DNA from: a virus
IMG/VR virus record: IMGVR_UViG_3300027921_000016
Span: 33,849 to 97,848 of that record
Length of the DNA: 64,000 bases
Strand: one strand, 5' to 3'
Below are positions 9,223 to 19,918 of the stretch, piece after piece. Each line of letters begins with the position of its first letter. Within the stretch, counting starts at the first letter, position 1. The position numbers and the translations under genes were made by a program. The notes under the pieces were generated by a model. That model was not told the origin of the DNA, ran no database searches, and saw only the letters and a program-made list of their open reading frames with translations.

Positions 9223-10436
9223 CACGTACCGTCCCTGGTGGTTACATCCCTAGTGCCAGTGGCGTAGGTACCGGCTACCCGTACTTTAACACCGTCCAAG
9301 CCTCTGAACACCGGGCTACCGTTCTCCAATCCAGTTGCATTGCCAGTGGCCACAGACACGAGCAACCGCAGAATATCATCATGGGTTGCCGTGCCCTCAA
9401 CCAACCGGGTGCCCACCTCCGCAGCGGTGGCCACTGGCACACCGGTCAGGTGGGCCTCGGCGCTCTGCGCACCGAGCATCTTGGCCCATACCCCCGTGAC
9501 GATGGCGTCAATGTCTGCCTGCGTAAGCGTGCGCGCGCTGGCTGGCCCGGCTGTGACCGTGCCGTACATCCCGACACTGCCATCCACCCCGGACAGCGCC
9601 ACCTTGGTCGAGGCCAAAGCCGCGTCTGTAGCGAGGTGCGCGGCGAGGTCGGCACTGGCGATCTTGGTAGCGGCCACCGATCCATCCGCGCCGAGCAGAA
9701 CAGCGATGGTTGTCGTGCCGATCCCGGATGGGGCGGCGGTTACCGATCCATCTACACCTAGCGCAGCCGCGATGGCGGCAATGGCGGCCTTGCTTGCGGT
9801 GTTCGCCGCGTCCGCGTCAAGGCTGGCAGCGAGGTCGGCACTGGTGATCTTGATGGCGGTGTTCGCCGCGTCCGCGTCAAGAGCAGCCGCTATGGTAGCG
9901 GCAGCGGTCTTGCTTGTGGTGTCTAAACCATCTGCACCAAGGGCGGCCGCGACTGTGGCGGAGACGGTCTTGCTTGTGGTAACTGAGCCCTCTACGCCCA
10001 GCGCCGCCTCGATAGTAGCAATGGCTGCCTTGCTTGCGGTGTTGGCGCTGTCAATGCCCAGCGCCGCCGCGATAGTGGTCGAGACAGCGCCTACGGGAGA
10101 CGCGGTGTTCGCGGCCTCCATGGCCAGAGCGGCGGCGATGGTGACCGCGCCCGACTTGGCTACCGTGCTGGCAATATCCGCAAGCAAAGCAGCATCGAGG
10201 GTGACGACGCCGATCTTGGCCGTGCTGGCGGTGGCATCTTGCCCGAGGATGGATGCGATGCTTATGGCGGCGGTCTTGGCTACCGTGTTGAGGCTGTCCG
10301 CACCAAGTACGGAGGCGATGGTGGTGGTTCCTACTGCGCCGCTCGTTGTTTCCTGCGCCCACCCTGTAGGTGTAGCGCGGCTATTAGTTCCAGTTTCCTC
10401 TAGCCAGCCATTTGGAGTAACACGGGATAGTGCCAT
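9222..10436 (-). CDS. Ala/Thr-rich virion fibre protein with ~20-aa tandem repeats
   Basis: Repeats like TIAAALGADGLDTTSKTAAA; near-identical DNA repeats around 9795-9885. Confidence 0.7.
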   Translation of the reverse strand: MALSRVTPNGWLEETGTNSRATPTGWAQETTSGAVGTTTIASVLGADSLNTVAKTAAISIASILGQDATASTAKIGVVTLDAALLADIASTVAKSGAVTIAAALAMEAANTASPVGAVSTTIAAALGIDSANTASKAAIATIEAALGVEGSVTTSKTVSATVAAALGADGLDTTSKTAAATIAAALDADAANTAIKITSADLAASLDADAANTASKAAIAAIAAALGVDGSVTAAPSGIGTTTIAVLLGADGSVAATKIASADLAAHLATDAALASTKVALSGVDGSVGMYGTVTAGPASARTLTQADIDAIVTGVWAKMLGAQSAEAHLTGVPVATAAEVGTRLVEGTATHDDILRLLVSVATGNATGLENGSPVFRGLDGVKVRVAGTYATGTRDVTTRDGT

Positions 10437-11762
10437 TTATACAGTTCCGCGAATAGTCGGATCAACGTAGACCGTATGTGCTCCGTAGACTTTTACACGC
10501 GCAGATAGATGCCCGATCTCGGCTGGGGTAATTGATGGAGAAACAAGTTTTCCACTCCACGCACTCCCAGATTCTCCGGTCCACCCAGAAAGGCCGCCGC
10601 CTGCGTCTTGGCTTGTTCCAGTAGACGCATCCCCGCCATAATCGCAGACGAATGTGGCAATTGGAAATCCTGAGGTTCCTTGGTAACTAAATTCGCCTGC
10701 CACTTGAATATCCGTATATGGCGTTGTGCTTCCGTCTCTTAGGATTTCAAGATATGGAGTGATTGCACTGGCCCCTGAGTGATACCGTGGTATCCACTCG
10801 GAGACATATGGATTACCACGTGTCGCATTTGTTCCGGTGACTATCCACGAATGCCTATTTGTTCCATTGTAAGTCGCACCATCGTTGGCATAGATAGCGG
10901 TGCTGATTACGGTATTTCCTTCGTAGGTATAGTGCGCGTAGCTGTAGTGGATATTGCTTGATGCAGAGTTGTATACATAGTAATTGGGGCCAGGGGCATT
11001 AAGCGTTGTAGTGATTGCACCAGAACCCAACTTGCAATTTATCAATTTACCGACAAAGGCGTATTGTTGCGCATTAAATACAACCCCAGTCATATCAGAC
11101 AGGTCTACACCTTCGAATATGCATTGCCCAGCTTTATAGCCAATAGCTCCGATAATCCCAGTCGGTTGTGTTCCAGCTCCAGTAACAGATATACTGCCCC
11201 CTTGCATATGTAATGAAGCATATAATGCTATATGCGTTGTTGTGGAGCCGATATATTCTATGTGGGTTTCGGTCAGTTTTAATTTGTAACGCCTGTTGAC
11301 GTTAGCCCCAAACGTTATGACCGAGCCAGAGACAGTTGAATTCATATAGAGCTTGCACGAATCTAAATTAATCGCTTGCTCTGCATCTGAGGTGCCTATG
11401 GCAATGTTTGCCGTCCCTGATCCAGATGCAAATTGCAATGCTTTGCAATGTACATTTGTACTGTTTATTGTTATATCTACCCCTGATGTGGCAGCCCCCG
11501 TAACGGTCGTGTATGTTCCAGCAGCATGAACTGAGGTTGGCGGATCGTTAGCGGGGTCTGATGTACCGAGTATTCGTACACCATTCGCTACGGTATACAC
11601 AGTATCTATAGTAATTACATCATCAGCCGTGCTGTATACCCAAATATCGTTATTAGCGGTTACGGTATCTGTTGCCTTCTTCAATGATTTCCATGGGAGC
11701 GCCCAGGTTCCGGTGCCCGTGGTATCATTACCAGAAAGTGGATTGACGTAATAGTTAGCCAT
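10437..11762 (-). CDS. Beta-helix tailspike / receptor-binding-like protein
   Basis: YYVNPLSGNDTTGTGTWALPWKSL (DUF1565-type start); lower GC than flanks. Confidence 0.7.
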   Translation of the reverse strand: MANYYVNPLSGNDTTGTGTWALPWKSLKKATDTVTANNDIWVYSTADDVITIDTVYTVANGVRILGTSDPANDPPTSVHAAGTYTTVTGAATSGVDITINSTNVHCKALQFASGSGTANIAIGTSDAEQAINLDSCKLYMNSTVSGSVITFGANVNRRYKLKLTETHIEYIGSTTTHIALYASLHMQGGSISVTGAGTQPTGIIGAIGYKAGQCIFEGVDLSDMTGVVFNAQQYAFVGKLINCKLGSGAITTTLNAPGPNYYVYNSASSNIHYSYAHYTYEGNTVISTAIYANDGATYNGTNRHSWIVTGTNATRGNPYVSEWIPRYHSGASAITPYLEILRDGSTTPYTDIQVAGEFSYQGTSGFPIATFVCDYGGDASTGTSQDAGGGLSGWTGESGSAWSGKLVSPSITPAEIGHLSARVKVYGAHTVYVDPTIRGTV

Positions 11763-11970
11763 TTATCAGTGCCTCTGCTTCTTGCTCTGCAAGCATATCC
11801 GCAATCGAGATTGCATTGGCCGCAAGCCGGGCATTATGGTCTACGGAGCTAACTGCTGTGTAGCAATTGGAGTAGACAATTCCCTGCGAATCGGTATGGC
11901 GCTCGTAGACATGCTTCAGCCCACTCGGCTGCTCAAGAACTTGATAGACTACACTGGATACAATTGCCAT
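11755..11970 (-). CDS. Hypothetical protein
   Basis: GGAGA RBS; overlaps downstream start. Confidence 0.6.
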   Translation of the reverse strand: MAIVSSVVYQVLEQPSGLKHVYERHTDSQGIVYSNCYTAVSSVDHNARLAANAISIADMLAEQEAEALING

Positions 11971-11971
11971 C

Positions 11972-12226
11972 TCATTCTCCCCTTGCACCCTGTATCGACT
12001 GCCATTGTGTTCGCAGGGGCGTGAACTTGGCTTTCAGCGTGGCCCACTGCGCTACAGTCAACCCAAAGGCTGTGCGTACTTGCAGCTCGGTCATGTCGCC
12101 GTTGTCGATATGGGTAAGGACCCAAGTGGCAATCCGTGCACAGTCTTCCTTGCTCGCCGAGCGGTAATGCTCTCTCAGGCGAGTGGCGAATTGGGCAACC
12201 GTTTGGTGCCTCAGGTTGAGGGGCAT
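11972..12226 (-). CDS. Hypothetical protein
   Basis: MPLNLRHQT...; in operon. Confidence 0.6.
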   Translation of the reverse strand: MPLNLRHQTVAQFATRLREHYRSASKEDCARIATWVLTHIDNGDMTELQVRTAFGLTVAQWATLKAKFTPLRTQWQSIQGARGE

Positions 12227-12233
12227 GACAGAC

Positions 12234-12839
12234 TTACAGAGCCACGGTGAGCGTGGAAACCCGGTGCGTGCCACCACTGCCATAGGTCTCGGGAACCAGC
12301 TTGGAGACCCGACACGTTGCCGCCGCCTCGCTGGTTAGGTCGATAGCCGCGCCGCCAAGAGTTGTTGAAACATTGAAATAGTCTGGAGTACCTGCCGTGA
12401 CGCCCACCACGAAATACTCCGTGCCGGCAGTAAGCCCGCCCGGTGCAGTCCCGTTGTGGAAGGTCACCTTGTCGTTATTGACAAGACCGTGGCCCTCGCA
12501 GTAGATGCGTTCGGCAGAGACGGTGGGGTCAATCTGGAACGACTTGTCGCTGCCCCCGTTGGGCCACATACCCAGGAACGTGGTGTCGGTGGTGGCGTCC
12601 CACATGCCAATCCAGCGCACCGTGGCGGCGGCGGGCACGTTCAGGATGTCCACGGCGGCGCTCAACGCACGGCTGCGCGCTAATGCCGCGGCGAGGGTGC
12701 CGACGGTCTTGGCGGTGCCGGTAACGATGCTGCCCCCCGTGGCGCTGTAGGCATCATGGACACTCAGCTTGATATTGCTCGCGCCTGAGGTGGGGGTTAC
12801 GGCGTCCAGGGCTGCGTTGAGACGGGTATCGGTCAACAT
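12234..12839 (-). CDS. Tail-fibre-associated structural protein
   Basis: AAGGAG RBS; HGLVNNDKVTF...GGLTAGTEYFVV beta-barrel motif seen in virion proteins. Confidence 0.7.
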   Translation of the reverse strand: MLTDTRLNAALDAVTPTSGASNIKLSVHDAYSATGGSIVTGTAKTVGTLAAALARSRALSAAVDILNVPAAATVRWIGMWDATTDTTFLGMWPNGGSDKSFQIDPTVSAERIYCEGHGLVNNDKVTFHNGTAPGGLTAGTEYFVVGVTAGTPDYFNVSTTLGGAAIDLTSEAAATCRVSKLVPETYGSGGTHRVSTLTVAL

Positions 12840-13108
12840 GGTATTACTCCTTGGTTAGGATGAATGGATCGCCGTCATAGTCGAGCGACAAGGCATTGTC
12901 GCTGGCGATAGCCTCGGCAAGCTGGAAATTTCCTATCAGCCCAGGCGCAGCGATCACGCCCTGGCGGATCATTTCCGGGTGGGAATATGGAGTCCTGTGG
13001 TCCCGCCTGGCTGACTCACGGCATCAGACAACCGCGCCAGCTTACTTTGTTTTACCGTGAGCCCCATCGTGGTTCTCCCTCTGGAGGTCTACTGCAATTG
13101 ATTGCAGA

Positions 13109-13816
13109 TTACGAATCGAAACTCGGGGCGTTCGCGTACACCTGCACTCGGGCCCCTGTACCCGTTAGTGCCGTACAATTCACACGCACAAACGGGTAGC
13201 TATCTACTTGTACGCCGATCACCGCTGCCCTTCCGGTACCCGTGGGGGACTGTGCGGCTTGCCCTGCGTGGGTGGAAAAATCCACCCCGTTGTTGGATAC
13301 CTGAATCTGGGTAGTAGCAGCCACGGAGACACTACCCGTGATCTCACTCACGACCGTCTGAAAGACCGCTTTCAGGTTGTTGAGGTGGAATACCGGGCCA
13401 TACCCTAGGCGCATGTACGAGTTGATAACCGTCGCCAGATTGGTGGCCGTGTCTGCGTCGGTGGCACCCACATTAAACTGTTGGCCGGTGGCACCGGAAG
13501 CCACACAAGTATAGATGAGACCGTTCACAACACAGGTGTCGGTGGCCACCACCCCTGCCAAGGTCAGGGTGTCGTACTGGGTTGCCAGCCAAGGGCCTTC
13601 GCCCATGGCAGCGTTGGCTGCGATCTGAGCGGCACTTACGGTGTTGGCCAGAGCATTCCGGTTAGCCGCAGAGATCAGGGCCGCAGTGATATGCGTACTC
13701 CCGGTGAGCACAATCTGAGGTACAGGCGTACCTTGAGGATTCTGCACGAACTGCACAACGGCGCCAACTGCCTGCGCAGTCCAGAGGGGGTTACCACTGT
13801 CGTAAATTTTCATCAT
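13109..13816 (-). CDS. Virion structural protein
   Basis: Shares TLTLA-x-VV-x-D-x-x-V-NG-x-YT...QQF motif with 29693-30901 protein. Confidence 0.65.
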   Translation of the reverse strand: MMKIYDSGNPLWTAQAVGAVVQFVQNPQGTPVPQIVLTGSTHITAALISAANRNALANTVSAAQIAANAAMGEGPWLATQYDTLTLAGVVATDTCVVNGLIYTCVASGATGQQFNVGATDADTATNLATVINSYMRLGYGPVFHLNNLKAVFQTVVSEITGSVSVAATTQIQVSNNGVDFSTHAGQAAQSPTGTGRAAVIGVQVDSYPFVRVNCTALTGTGARVQVYANAPSFDS

Positions 13817-13877
13817 CGACTCCTGACTGCAATTGATTACACTGGCCTATTGTACCCCTGCCTTGGCCTCCGAGTAA

Positions 13878-14102
13878 CTACACCTGTATCTCCGAGTACG
13901 GCAGGTCCGGTGCTGCGCCCTCCACCCAGCCCGAGCGTACAAACGCCTTGGAGTTCACGGCAACCGTTTGACCTCTGGCTAGTATCACCGGACCCCCTGG
14001 AAGCTGTACAGAACTACTGCCGTCAGCGTTATGGGACACGATAGTGCCAACCAGCAACGGGTCTTTCACCAATAGTGATAGGAACTTCTGGTAAGGGTTC
14101 AT
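13878..14102 (-). CDS. Small tail-tip protein
   Basis: MNPYQKFLSLL...GPVILARG, typical terminal gene of this tail module. Confidence 0.7.
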   Translation of the reverse strand: MNPYQKFLSLLVKDPLLVGTIVSHNADGSSSVQLPGGPVILARGQTVAVNSKAFVRSGWVEGAAPDLPYSEIQV

Positions 14103-15949
14103 GGTACGTACCTCACAACCGAAACAAGCTGCTTGACTTTCGGGAATGCCACGGACACGTCAACACCGGTTACATACCCCGTCCAGGTAACCGCCCCCTC
14201 CTGCCCCTCAAAAACCATGCCCGGACGCATCAACACCGCGCCAATGCTATCCTTGATAGGCAGCTCCAGGGACACGCTGACCTTTCTCCCCGCGTCCGCC
14301 AGGATCGTCCCCCCACGCTGACGAATGGCGGCGTCGGCAGTAAGCAGCTTGTGCGTCACCATTTGTTCGAGCACATCCCCTGCGGTCCCCGTGCGCTTCA
14401 CAAACCCGAGCCTGCCCTGACTCTCCCCGGTGCAATACACCCCGTTGTACGGGGGCCGGGTCACCCAGTCTTCGGACACCCTTGTCGCCATGTCCAACGG
14501 GATGGAAACATCAGGGAGGATGGTATTCAGTTCCCACGGGAGCACTTTGTACCTAGGGGAAAAGATAATGGTCTGATTCGATTGGTGACTCATAACCAGG
14601 CTTCCAACGGCCTCGCCAACGAACAACAGGGCTTCCATGGGCGTACAGTAGTTGGTCCACACCCCCCCTGGGACTAGCCAGTCCGTGATATTCCATTCAG
14701 TTGTCCACCCCACGGGTAGAACTGAATTGGCGATCTGCTGAGCGTTGATCGCCTGAACCGAGATAAACGCCTGCTTGATGGAATATGGGTCTGCCAAATA
14801 CGCAGATTTACTCCTACCACTCAAATCCCACGTGTCTTTCCCAAACACCCGAGACCGGGTGATGCCCTCGATTATGAACTCCCAGGTGTACCCGTTGATC
14901 ACCACCTGAACCGTTACCGGCCCGCTACCATCGGGCATCACCTTATCCACTTCACTGTTTGGGATGGTGGCCCGGAACATCCAAGCCCAAGTGCTGTTCA
15001 TGGCCAGGGACTGGATACTGATCCCCAGGATGTTCTCCAACCCAGGCAAACGCTTTACGGTACAGGAGTCGATCACGATGTACGTCCTTAAAACAGGTAC
15101 AAATCTACGGCAAGAAAAAACAAGGTTACGCCTGGATGCAAGTAATCGCACAAACAGGTCCAGGTGGGCCACTCCAATCTCGGGTTTGTAGCACCGCTCG
15201 TCAACCGGGGGCGGCTCTACGGGGCCTTCATACGGGTAAAACGGTCCCCAGCCAAACACGTCCAGGCCTTCAACAAATGGGAGACGGGTACTATTGAAGC
15301 GCGGCACCGCAGTCTGGAAATCCCCGTGCCATAATTTGGACACCCCTGGCAGCGCCACCTCCCATACAAGGGTATCAAATGGCCTGGCGTGCATCAGAAG
15401 CTGAATCCACGGGAAAGTGGAAGAAGGGGATTGGTATTCTCCAAGCTCCCACGAACTGGACACCTTGGGCCTTTCAGTGATTACCCCGGTCTCCCAAATA
15501 ACCTCGGTGGCCCATCCAATATCCCCTCCCTCCATCCAGCTAAAATACCTTGGGCTACGGTACTGTACCCCGTCTGCATGATTTACCTGTATTCCCGAGT
15601 CCATCTTCTGGGCTTGCTCATGCGGACACGCTCCGTACTGGTTTACCGGGGCACCGAGCTGATGGGCGTGGGCTACCAAGGCCACAGTTTCTACTGCCTC
15701 TTCCCATTTACCTCCAACCTCCCTTGAGGTTCCGCGCCACACAGCGTTATCCCAGGTGAGCGCGATCTTTCCAGTCAATGGAGTGACAGGAATTACACCA
15801 TTCATGGCTGCGGTATTGGCCGTCCTCAGAAATATCTCGCCAGTCAACTTAGGTAGTCGTACCGTGCAGGGGTCACCCAGGACCAGCAGCAAATCTGCAC
15901 GCGCCCCAACCGTAGCCTGAGAGCATAGATGGATGCTAGTACTAGCCAC
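14099..15949 (-). CDS. Tail hub / baseplate protein
   Basis: 616 aa; C-terminal hub-like region; position in tail operon. Confidence 0.7.
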   Translation of the reverse strand: MASTSIHLCSQATVGARADLLLVLGDPCTVRLPKLTGEIFLRTANTAAMNGVIPVTPLTGKIALTWDNAVWRGTSREVGGKWEEAVETVALVAHAHQLGAPVNQYGACPHEQAQKMDSGIQVNHADGVQYRSPRYFSWMEGGDIGWATEVIWETGVITERPKVSSSWELGEYQSPSSTFPWIQLLMHARPFDTLVWEVALPGVSKLWHGDFQTAVPRFNSTRLPFVEGLDVFGWGPFYPYEGPVEPPPVDERCYKPEIGVAHLDLFVRLLASRRNLVFSCRRFVPVLRTYIVIDSCTVKRLPGLENILGISIQSLAMNSTWAWMFRATIPNSEVDKVMPDGSGPVTVQVVINGYTWEFIIEGITRSRVFGKDTWDLSGRSKSAYLADPYSIKQAFISVQAINAQQIANSVLPVGWTTEWNITDWLVPGGVWTNYCTPMEALLFVGEAVGSLVMSHQSNQTIIFSPRYKVLPWELNTILPDVSIPLDMATRVSEDWVTRPPYNGVYCTGESQGRLGFVKRTGTAGDVLEQMVTHKLLTADAAIRQRGGTILADAGRKVSVSLELPIKDSIGAVLMRPGMVFEGQEGAVTWTGYVTGVDVSVAFPKVKQLVSVVRYVP

Positions 15950-15950
15950 A

Positions 15951-16352
15951 TCAAGCCCTAATTATGGCCGTGGTAGCGTAAATCAGCCCACCCGCAATCA
16001 CCGAGAAAGAGTTGATCTCTATGGCGTACCCAGAACCCACGAGCCCCGCATCCATATCTGCGGCGATACCCCCTGCTCTAGTGATAATCCTGCCAAAAGA
16101 GATCGTGCCGGTGGCCGCCACGTTTATCCACGCGGGCAAGGCAAGTGTTAATTCAGTCCCCACGATGGTCCCACACGGATTGGGGAGGTCATAGGACACC
16201 AAAACAACGCCCGTGTACGCGGCACCACGGGGTGGTCTGGGTGCCGAGATCAGCCTTAGCTGGGCAGTGCCTGCCCCTGTCTCGATGAAGGTCTTGAAAC
16301 CATTCAAGCGGGCGGATTCGGCCTCTATCGTAAGCTCGACTAGGTTACTCAT
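15951..16352 (-). CDS. Tail structural protein
   Basis: Coupled in tail operon. Confidence 0.7.
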   Translation of the reverse strand: MSNLVELTIEAESARLNGFKTFIETGAGTAQLRLISAPRPPRGAAYTGVVLVSYDLPNPCGTIVGTELTLALPAWINVAATGTISFGRIITRAGGIAADMDAGLVGSGYAIEINSFSVIAGGLIYATTAIIRA

Positions 16353-18697
16353 TCTGGCACCATGTGATCCGCTACCCCTGCATTGTACACCTGGTTGTAG
16401 TCATGCCCCGCTACCAGGAACTTACGAGTGGTATCGAGATTGGGGAACTCGTAATCCCCCGCACTGTTGGACCACACTTGGTGTACCAGGGCTCCTGTAA
16501 GTTTGTCGTACAGCCGCACATCCCTAGTGGCCAGTACCCCTCCAACCCGCACCGTTCCGTAGATTCGCCCCGACCCGCCACACAGCATGTTGCGTGTGTG
16601 GTGATCATCCAATGCAATCAATTGCACGTCGGCCGGAGGAGTGAAGGTCGGAACAACGATGTCCGTATCCAGTACGGAAGAGGCTAGGCATTGTCCTAAC
16701 GTGAGTATTTCCGGAGTTACTCCAAGGGCGTACAGAGAAAGGTCGTAAGGGCTATTCTTGATTATCTCAAGCTCGTCAATCTTACAGGGCGTGGTCGTTC
16801 CAACATTATAGTTTGCTCCTATGTACAAGGTGCCCACCGTCACGAAACTAAAATCCTCATGGTAGAAGCCCCCTATGATCACCCCATCCTGGATGAATAT
16901 ATTCAGCCCCCCTACCTTCTGCCATACAAAATAATGCCTATTCGTGTTATGCGAATAAACAAAATTACACACGTCAGACGAAATACTATTGATGCCCACC
17001 TTCACCTTAAAACCACCATCCCCCATCAGTAACTGCCAATAGTTAGCAGCATCCCCCATACACAGTAAAGCAGCAGAACTACCAGGAAGCGAATCCAGCT
17101 TATACCAGAAGCGTAGACAGAAGTTACCAGCCCCAAGCAAAAAATCGTTGGAAGTCGATACCAGCTTACCTGAGGAGGTGAACTTGGCAGCCGCCTCTCC
17201 AAACGCACTATCAGCACTGAATTCAGCGTCCCCCTGAGGCGTTACCGTATGCCCTTTAACATCGACAAAGGTAGTCACCCCCGAGGGGGCTGCCGTAGTC
17301 AAAGATAGTACAACCTTGTACCAGTGAGGATCGCCAACCACAGTCTCGGGAAAGGGTAGGCTAACCACATAATTCCCCGTGTACCTCCCCTCTCCAATCG
17401 TGAGGCGTACACAACTTACCTGGCCGTTAAGGTAATACAGGGAGGTGGCATTATAGACATTAGCGCCTATCTTCAAAGGCGTGCTCGTTGCCTGCACGCT
17501 CTTAGACGTTTCGGTACCTCCAGCATTTAACAGTCCCCCGTTAACAAAGACATACGTTCTTCCATTTTTCTTTGAAACCGCGAGGTCGTACCACACACCA
17601 AGACTGAACGTGTAGGCTCCTACCACGGTGTCGTAGACGACATTGGACCCAAAACTAGTAACCTGAAGAGAGGTCAGAGAAGAGGCCGTTCCTGTAACCG
17701 ATACCGTAAATTCCCTGGAGCCCTCTACGTCCTTACAGATAATAGTAAAAGCGTAAGTTCCTCCATTGTCTACAGGCCACCCGGTGAACCTAACGGACGC
17801 CTCTACCGTGTAATCCCTGTCCCCCAAGTATAAATCCGGGGCACTTATTGACGTTAGGTAATCCCCGTTACCATCGAACGTAAAACTGACTCCCCCAGGC
17901 AGACGGCTCTGGCCTGTAGTCACGGCTGCGTTCCCTACCCCTGTTACTACATGCTTTTTCAAATCACGGAATTGAATCTGACCATCCATGTGCATGGCCA
18001 GTACCGTGCTCGCCCAAAATCCCCCACTCTCGGGAAACGCAGCAATAGGCACTTCAAACACTTTATTAAGTGGAAACGAGCCCACGTACACCTGTAGGTC
18101 CTGCATGTAACACATAAGAGGCCCACCACTAGGGTTATAATTGACGGCCACGGCCATCCCACTGCTACTCAGGGATTCAGTACTCCTACCCACGCCAATC
18201 AACACCCTGTTAATCGCCAAGTACACTACACCCTCTACTCTGCCATAAGCCACCTCGAACCACGAGTTCAAAGGAGCAGCAGCTCCGTATGAAACGACAG
18301 TGCTTCCTGCCTTCAGAACAGCCAGTTTACCCAGCGAGTCCACTGCCAACCTGTGCCCGTCCAAATTGCTTGAGTCTTCGTTAGTGAAAGTCAGCAAGTG
18401 CTTTATGACGGAAGGAAATTCTGGGAGTTTTACCCATGCCCGCACCCAATAGCTCCCAGTACCTACAGAAAATCTTACGTTTGCGGCCACACTTAACCGG
18501 GTATCGGTAGTCCCATCAAAATACCCAACGGACCTACCATCCCTGGTCTCGGTCGTAACTATCTTGGCCGCCCCACGTACTGTAATTACGTTCTGCTGAA
18601 AACTCCTGTCCAGGATGGCCGTAGAGTTGTCTACCCCATCAAACGGTAGATGCAGTACGCAATTCGCGTACATGGGATCGACTGGAACCGTAGGCAT
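16349..18697 (-). CDS. Tail protein with three LamG/ConA-like lectin domains
   Basis: Three repeats (CVLHLPFDG / TVLAMHMDG / VVLSLTT...FVDVKG); DYTVEASVR, LRFWYK motifs. Confidence 0.8.
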   Translation of the reverse strand: MPTVPVDPMYANCVLHLPFDGVDNSTAILDRSFQQNVITVRGAAKIVTTETRDGRSVGYFDGTTDTRLSVAANVRFSVGTGSYWVRAWVKLPEFPSVIKHLLTFTNEDSSNLDGHRLAVDSLGKLAVLKAGSTVVSYGAAAPLNSWFEVAYGRVEGVVYLAINRVLIGVGRSTESLSSSGMAVAVNYNPSGGPLMCYMQDLQVYVGSFPLNKVFEVPIAAFPESGGFWASTVLAMHMDGQIQFRDLKKHVVTGVGNAAVTTGQSRLPGGVSFTFDGNGDYLTSISAPDLYLGDRDYTVEASVRFTGWPVDNGGTYAFTIICKDVEGSREFTVSVTGTASSLTSLQVTSFGSNVVYDTVVGAYTFSLGVWYDLAVSKKNGRTYVFVNGGLLNAGGTETSKSVQATSTPLKIGANVYNATSLYYLNGQVSCVRLTIGEGRYTGNYVVSLPFPETVVGDPHWYKVVLSLTTAAPSGVTTFVDVKGHTVTPQGDAEFSADSAFGEAAAKFTSSGKLVSTSNDFLLGAGNFCLRFWYKLDSLPGSSAALLCMGDAANYWQLLMGDGGFKVKVGINSISSDVCNFVYSHNTNRHYFVWQKVGGLNIFIQDGVIIGGFYHEDFSFVTVGTLYIGANYNVGTTTPCKIDELEIIKNSPYDLSLYALGVTPEILTLGQCLASSVLDTDIVVPTFTPPADVQLIALDDHHTRNMLCGGSGRIYGTVRVGGVLATRDVRLYDKLTGALVHQVWSNSAGDYEFPNLDTTRKFLVAGHDYNQVYNAGVADHMVPE

Positions 18698-18700
18698 CTG

Positions 18701-19909
18701 TTACTCCCAGGGTCCCGTTATATCTATAAAACCTACCGCCCAGTTACTGATGGCAGAATTGTACCCATAAGGTACGGCAGCAAAGGCCCTGTCAGGGTAC
18801 CCTGGCACCCCTTCGATCACCACTGGCGTCCGGGCATCCGGGCATACCCTCTGAATAAGGGTCTGCGGGGAAGAAAAAATCCCCAAGTATTTCCCGCGAA
18901 AACTTCCGGACGAACCCTCCAGAAGGTGTATGGGGGTCAGCACGAGTCCGTAATCAGGCCCATTTGGATAAGGTACGCTCCCATTCCCTGAATATAGGTA
19001 CCACGACGGCGCACCGGCAGGTGTGCCATAGAAGGCTGAGGCTCTATACGAACACGTACCCCCTACCCCCGTGAAATCACGGGCCAGTAGATGGTAGGTG
19101 TCTACGGACCCCCAGACAGGGCTGTACCCAAATATCGAGTAGTACTCGTAAGGTGTTGATGCGGCATTATTAGCATGGTGATTGTGGCGAAGGAACGACT
19201 TGTACGCATCAACAGCCTTACGACTTTTAAAATCCCCAAACCCCGCCGCTGCGGCGGCGTACAAAGATTGCGTGTAGTAAAAAACGAACAGGTACACCGT
19301 TGAATCCGAGGCCACTAGTACCCAAGGCCGGGCAGTACTATCAGCAACATTGGACTTGAACAGGTACCCCCCACCAGAAATCTGAGCATCGGTAGGGCTT
19401 TTGCCTACTCCAGTGTCGATGTCCGTCATGGACTCGTACATGTTAATCCGAGCAGCCGTGGTGTACGCATCGTCAACCCTGAAGTACAGCCTTGCAGAGG
19501 CCACATTAGGGGACCGGTACACGGCTTTGTTCTCCCCTGTGTATGCCTTCTCCCACCCAGCACTTGCAACCTTGGTAGTGATTGCACCCGTCGCGGTTTG
19601 ATCAGTAATACCTGTGGCATCGAATACCACAGTCGATGCCGTGGTGCTGATAACCCGCTTCTCCCCATTCAAACCCGAGGGGGTGGCTCCTGCCACCAGT
19701 GCAACTGCGTGCTGAACAAAACTGTGCCCAGAACTGATGGTCATGGTGGCAATGCCATTGAGTACCACCAGGGTGTCCACGCTCTTGAGTCCAAAGCCAT
19801 TAACCAGGCAGGCGTCGAGGAGAGAGGCCAATGCCCCGGCCTGCCCTGACAGCACGGGGGCACCTGGGAAATCGGATTTGAAGTACTTAACGGAAGCTGA
19901 GCGGGCCAT
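18701..19909 (-). CDS. Tail fibre/tip protein
   Basis: GAPVLSGQAGALASLLDACLVNGFG conserved N-terminus. Confidence 0.75.
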   Translation of the reverse strand: MARSASVKYFKSDFPGAPVLSGQAGALASLLDACLVNGFGLKSVDTLVVLNGIATMTISSGHSFVQHAVALVAGATPSGLNGEKRVISTTASTVVFDATGITDQTATGAITTKVASAGWEKAYTGENKAVYRSPNVASARLYFRVDDAYTTAARINMYESMTDIDTGVGKSPTDAQISGGGYLFKSNVADSTARPWVLVASDSTVYLFVFYYTQSLYAAAAAGFGDFKSRKAVDAYKSFLRHNHHANNAASTPYEYYSIFGYSPVWGSVDTYHLLARDFTGVGGTCSYRASAFYGTPAGAPSWYLYSGNGSVPYPNGPDYGLVLTPIHLLEGSSGSFRGKYLGIFSSPQTLIQRVCPDARTPVVIEGVPGYPDRAFAAVPYGYNSAISNWAVGFIDITGPWE

Positions 19910-19918
19910 GAGTGCACC

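Noticed and set aside
16349-19909. Diversity-generating retroelement target in tail proteins
   Set aside because: No reverse transcriptase or template/variable repeat pair seen in the window
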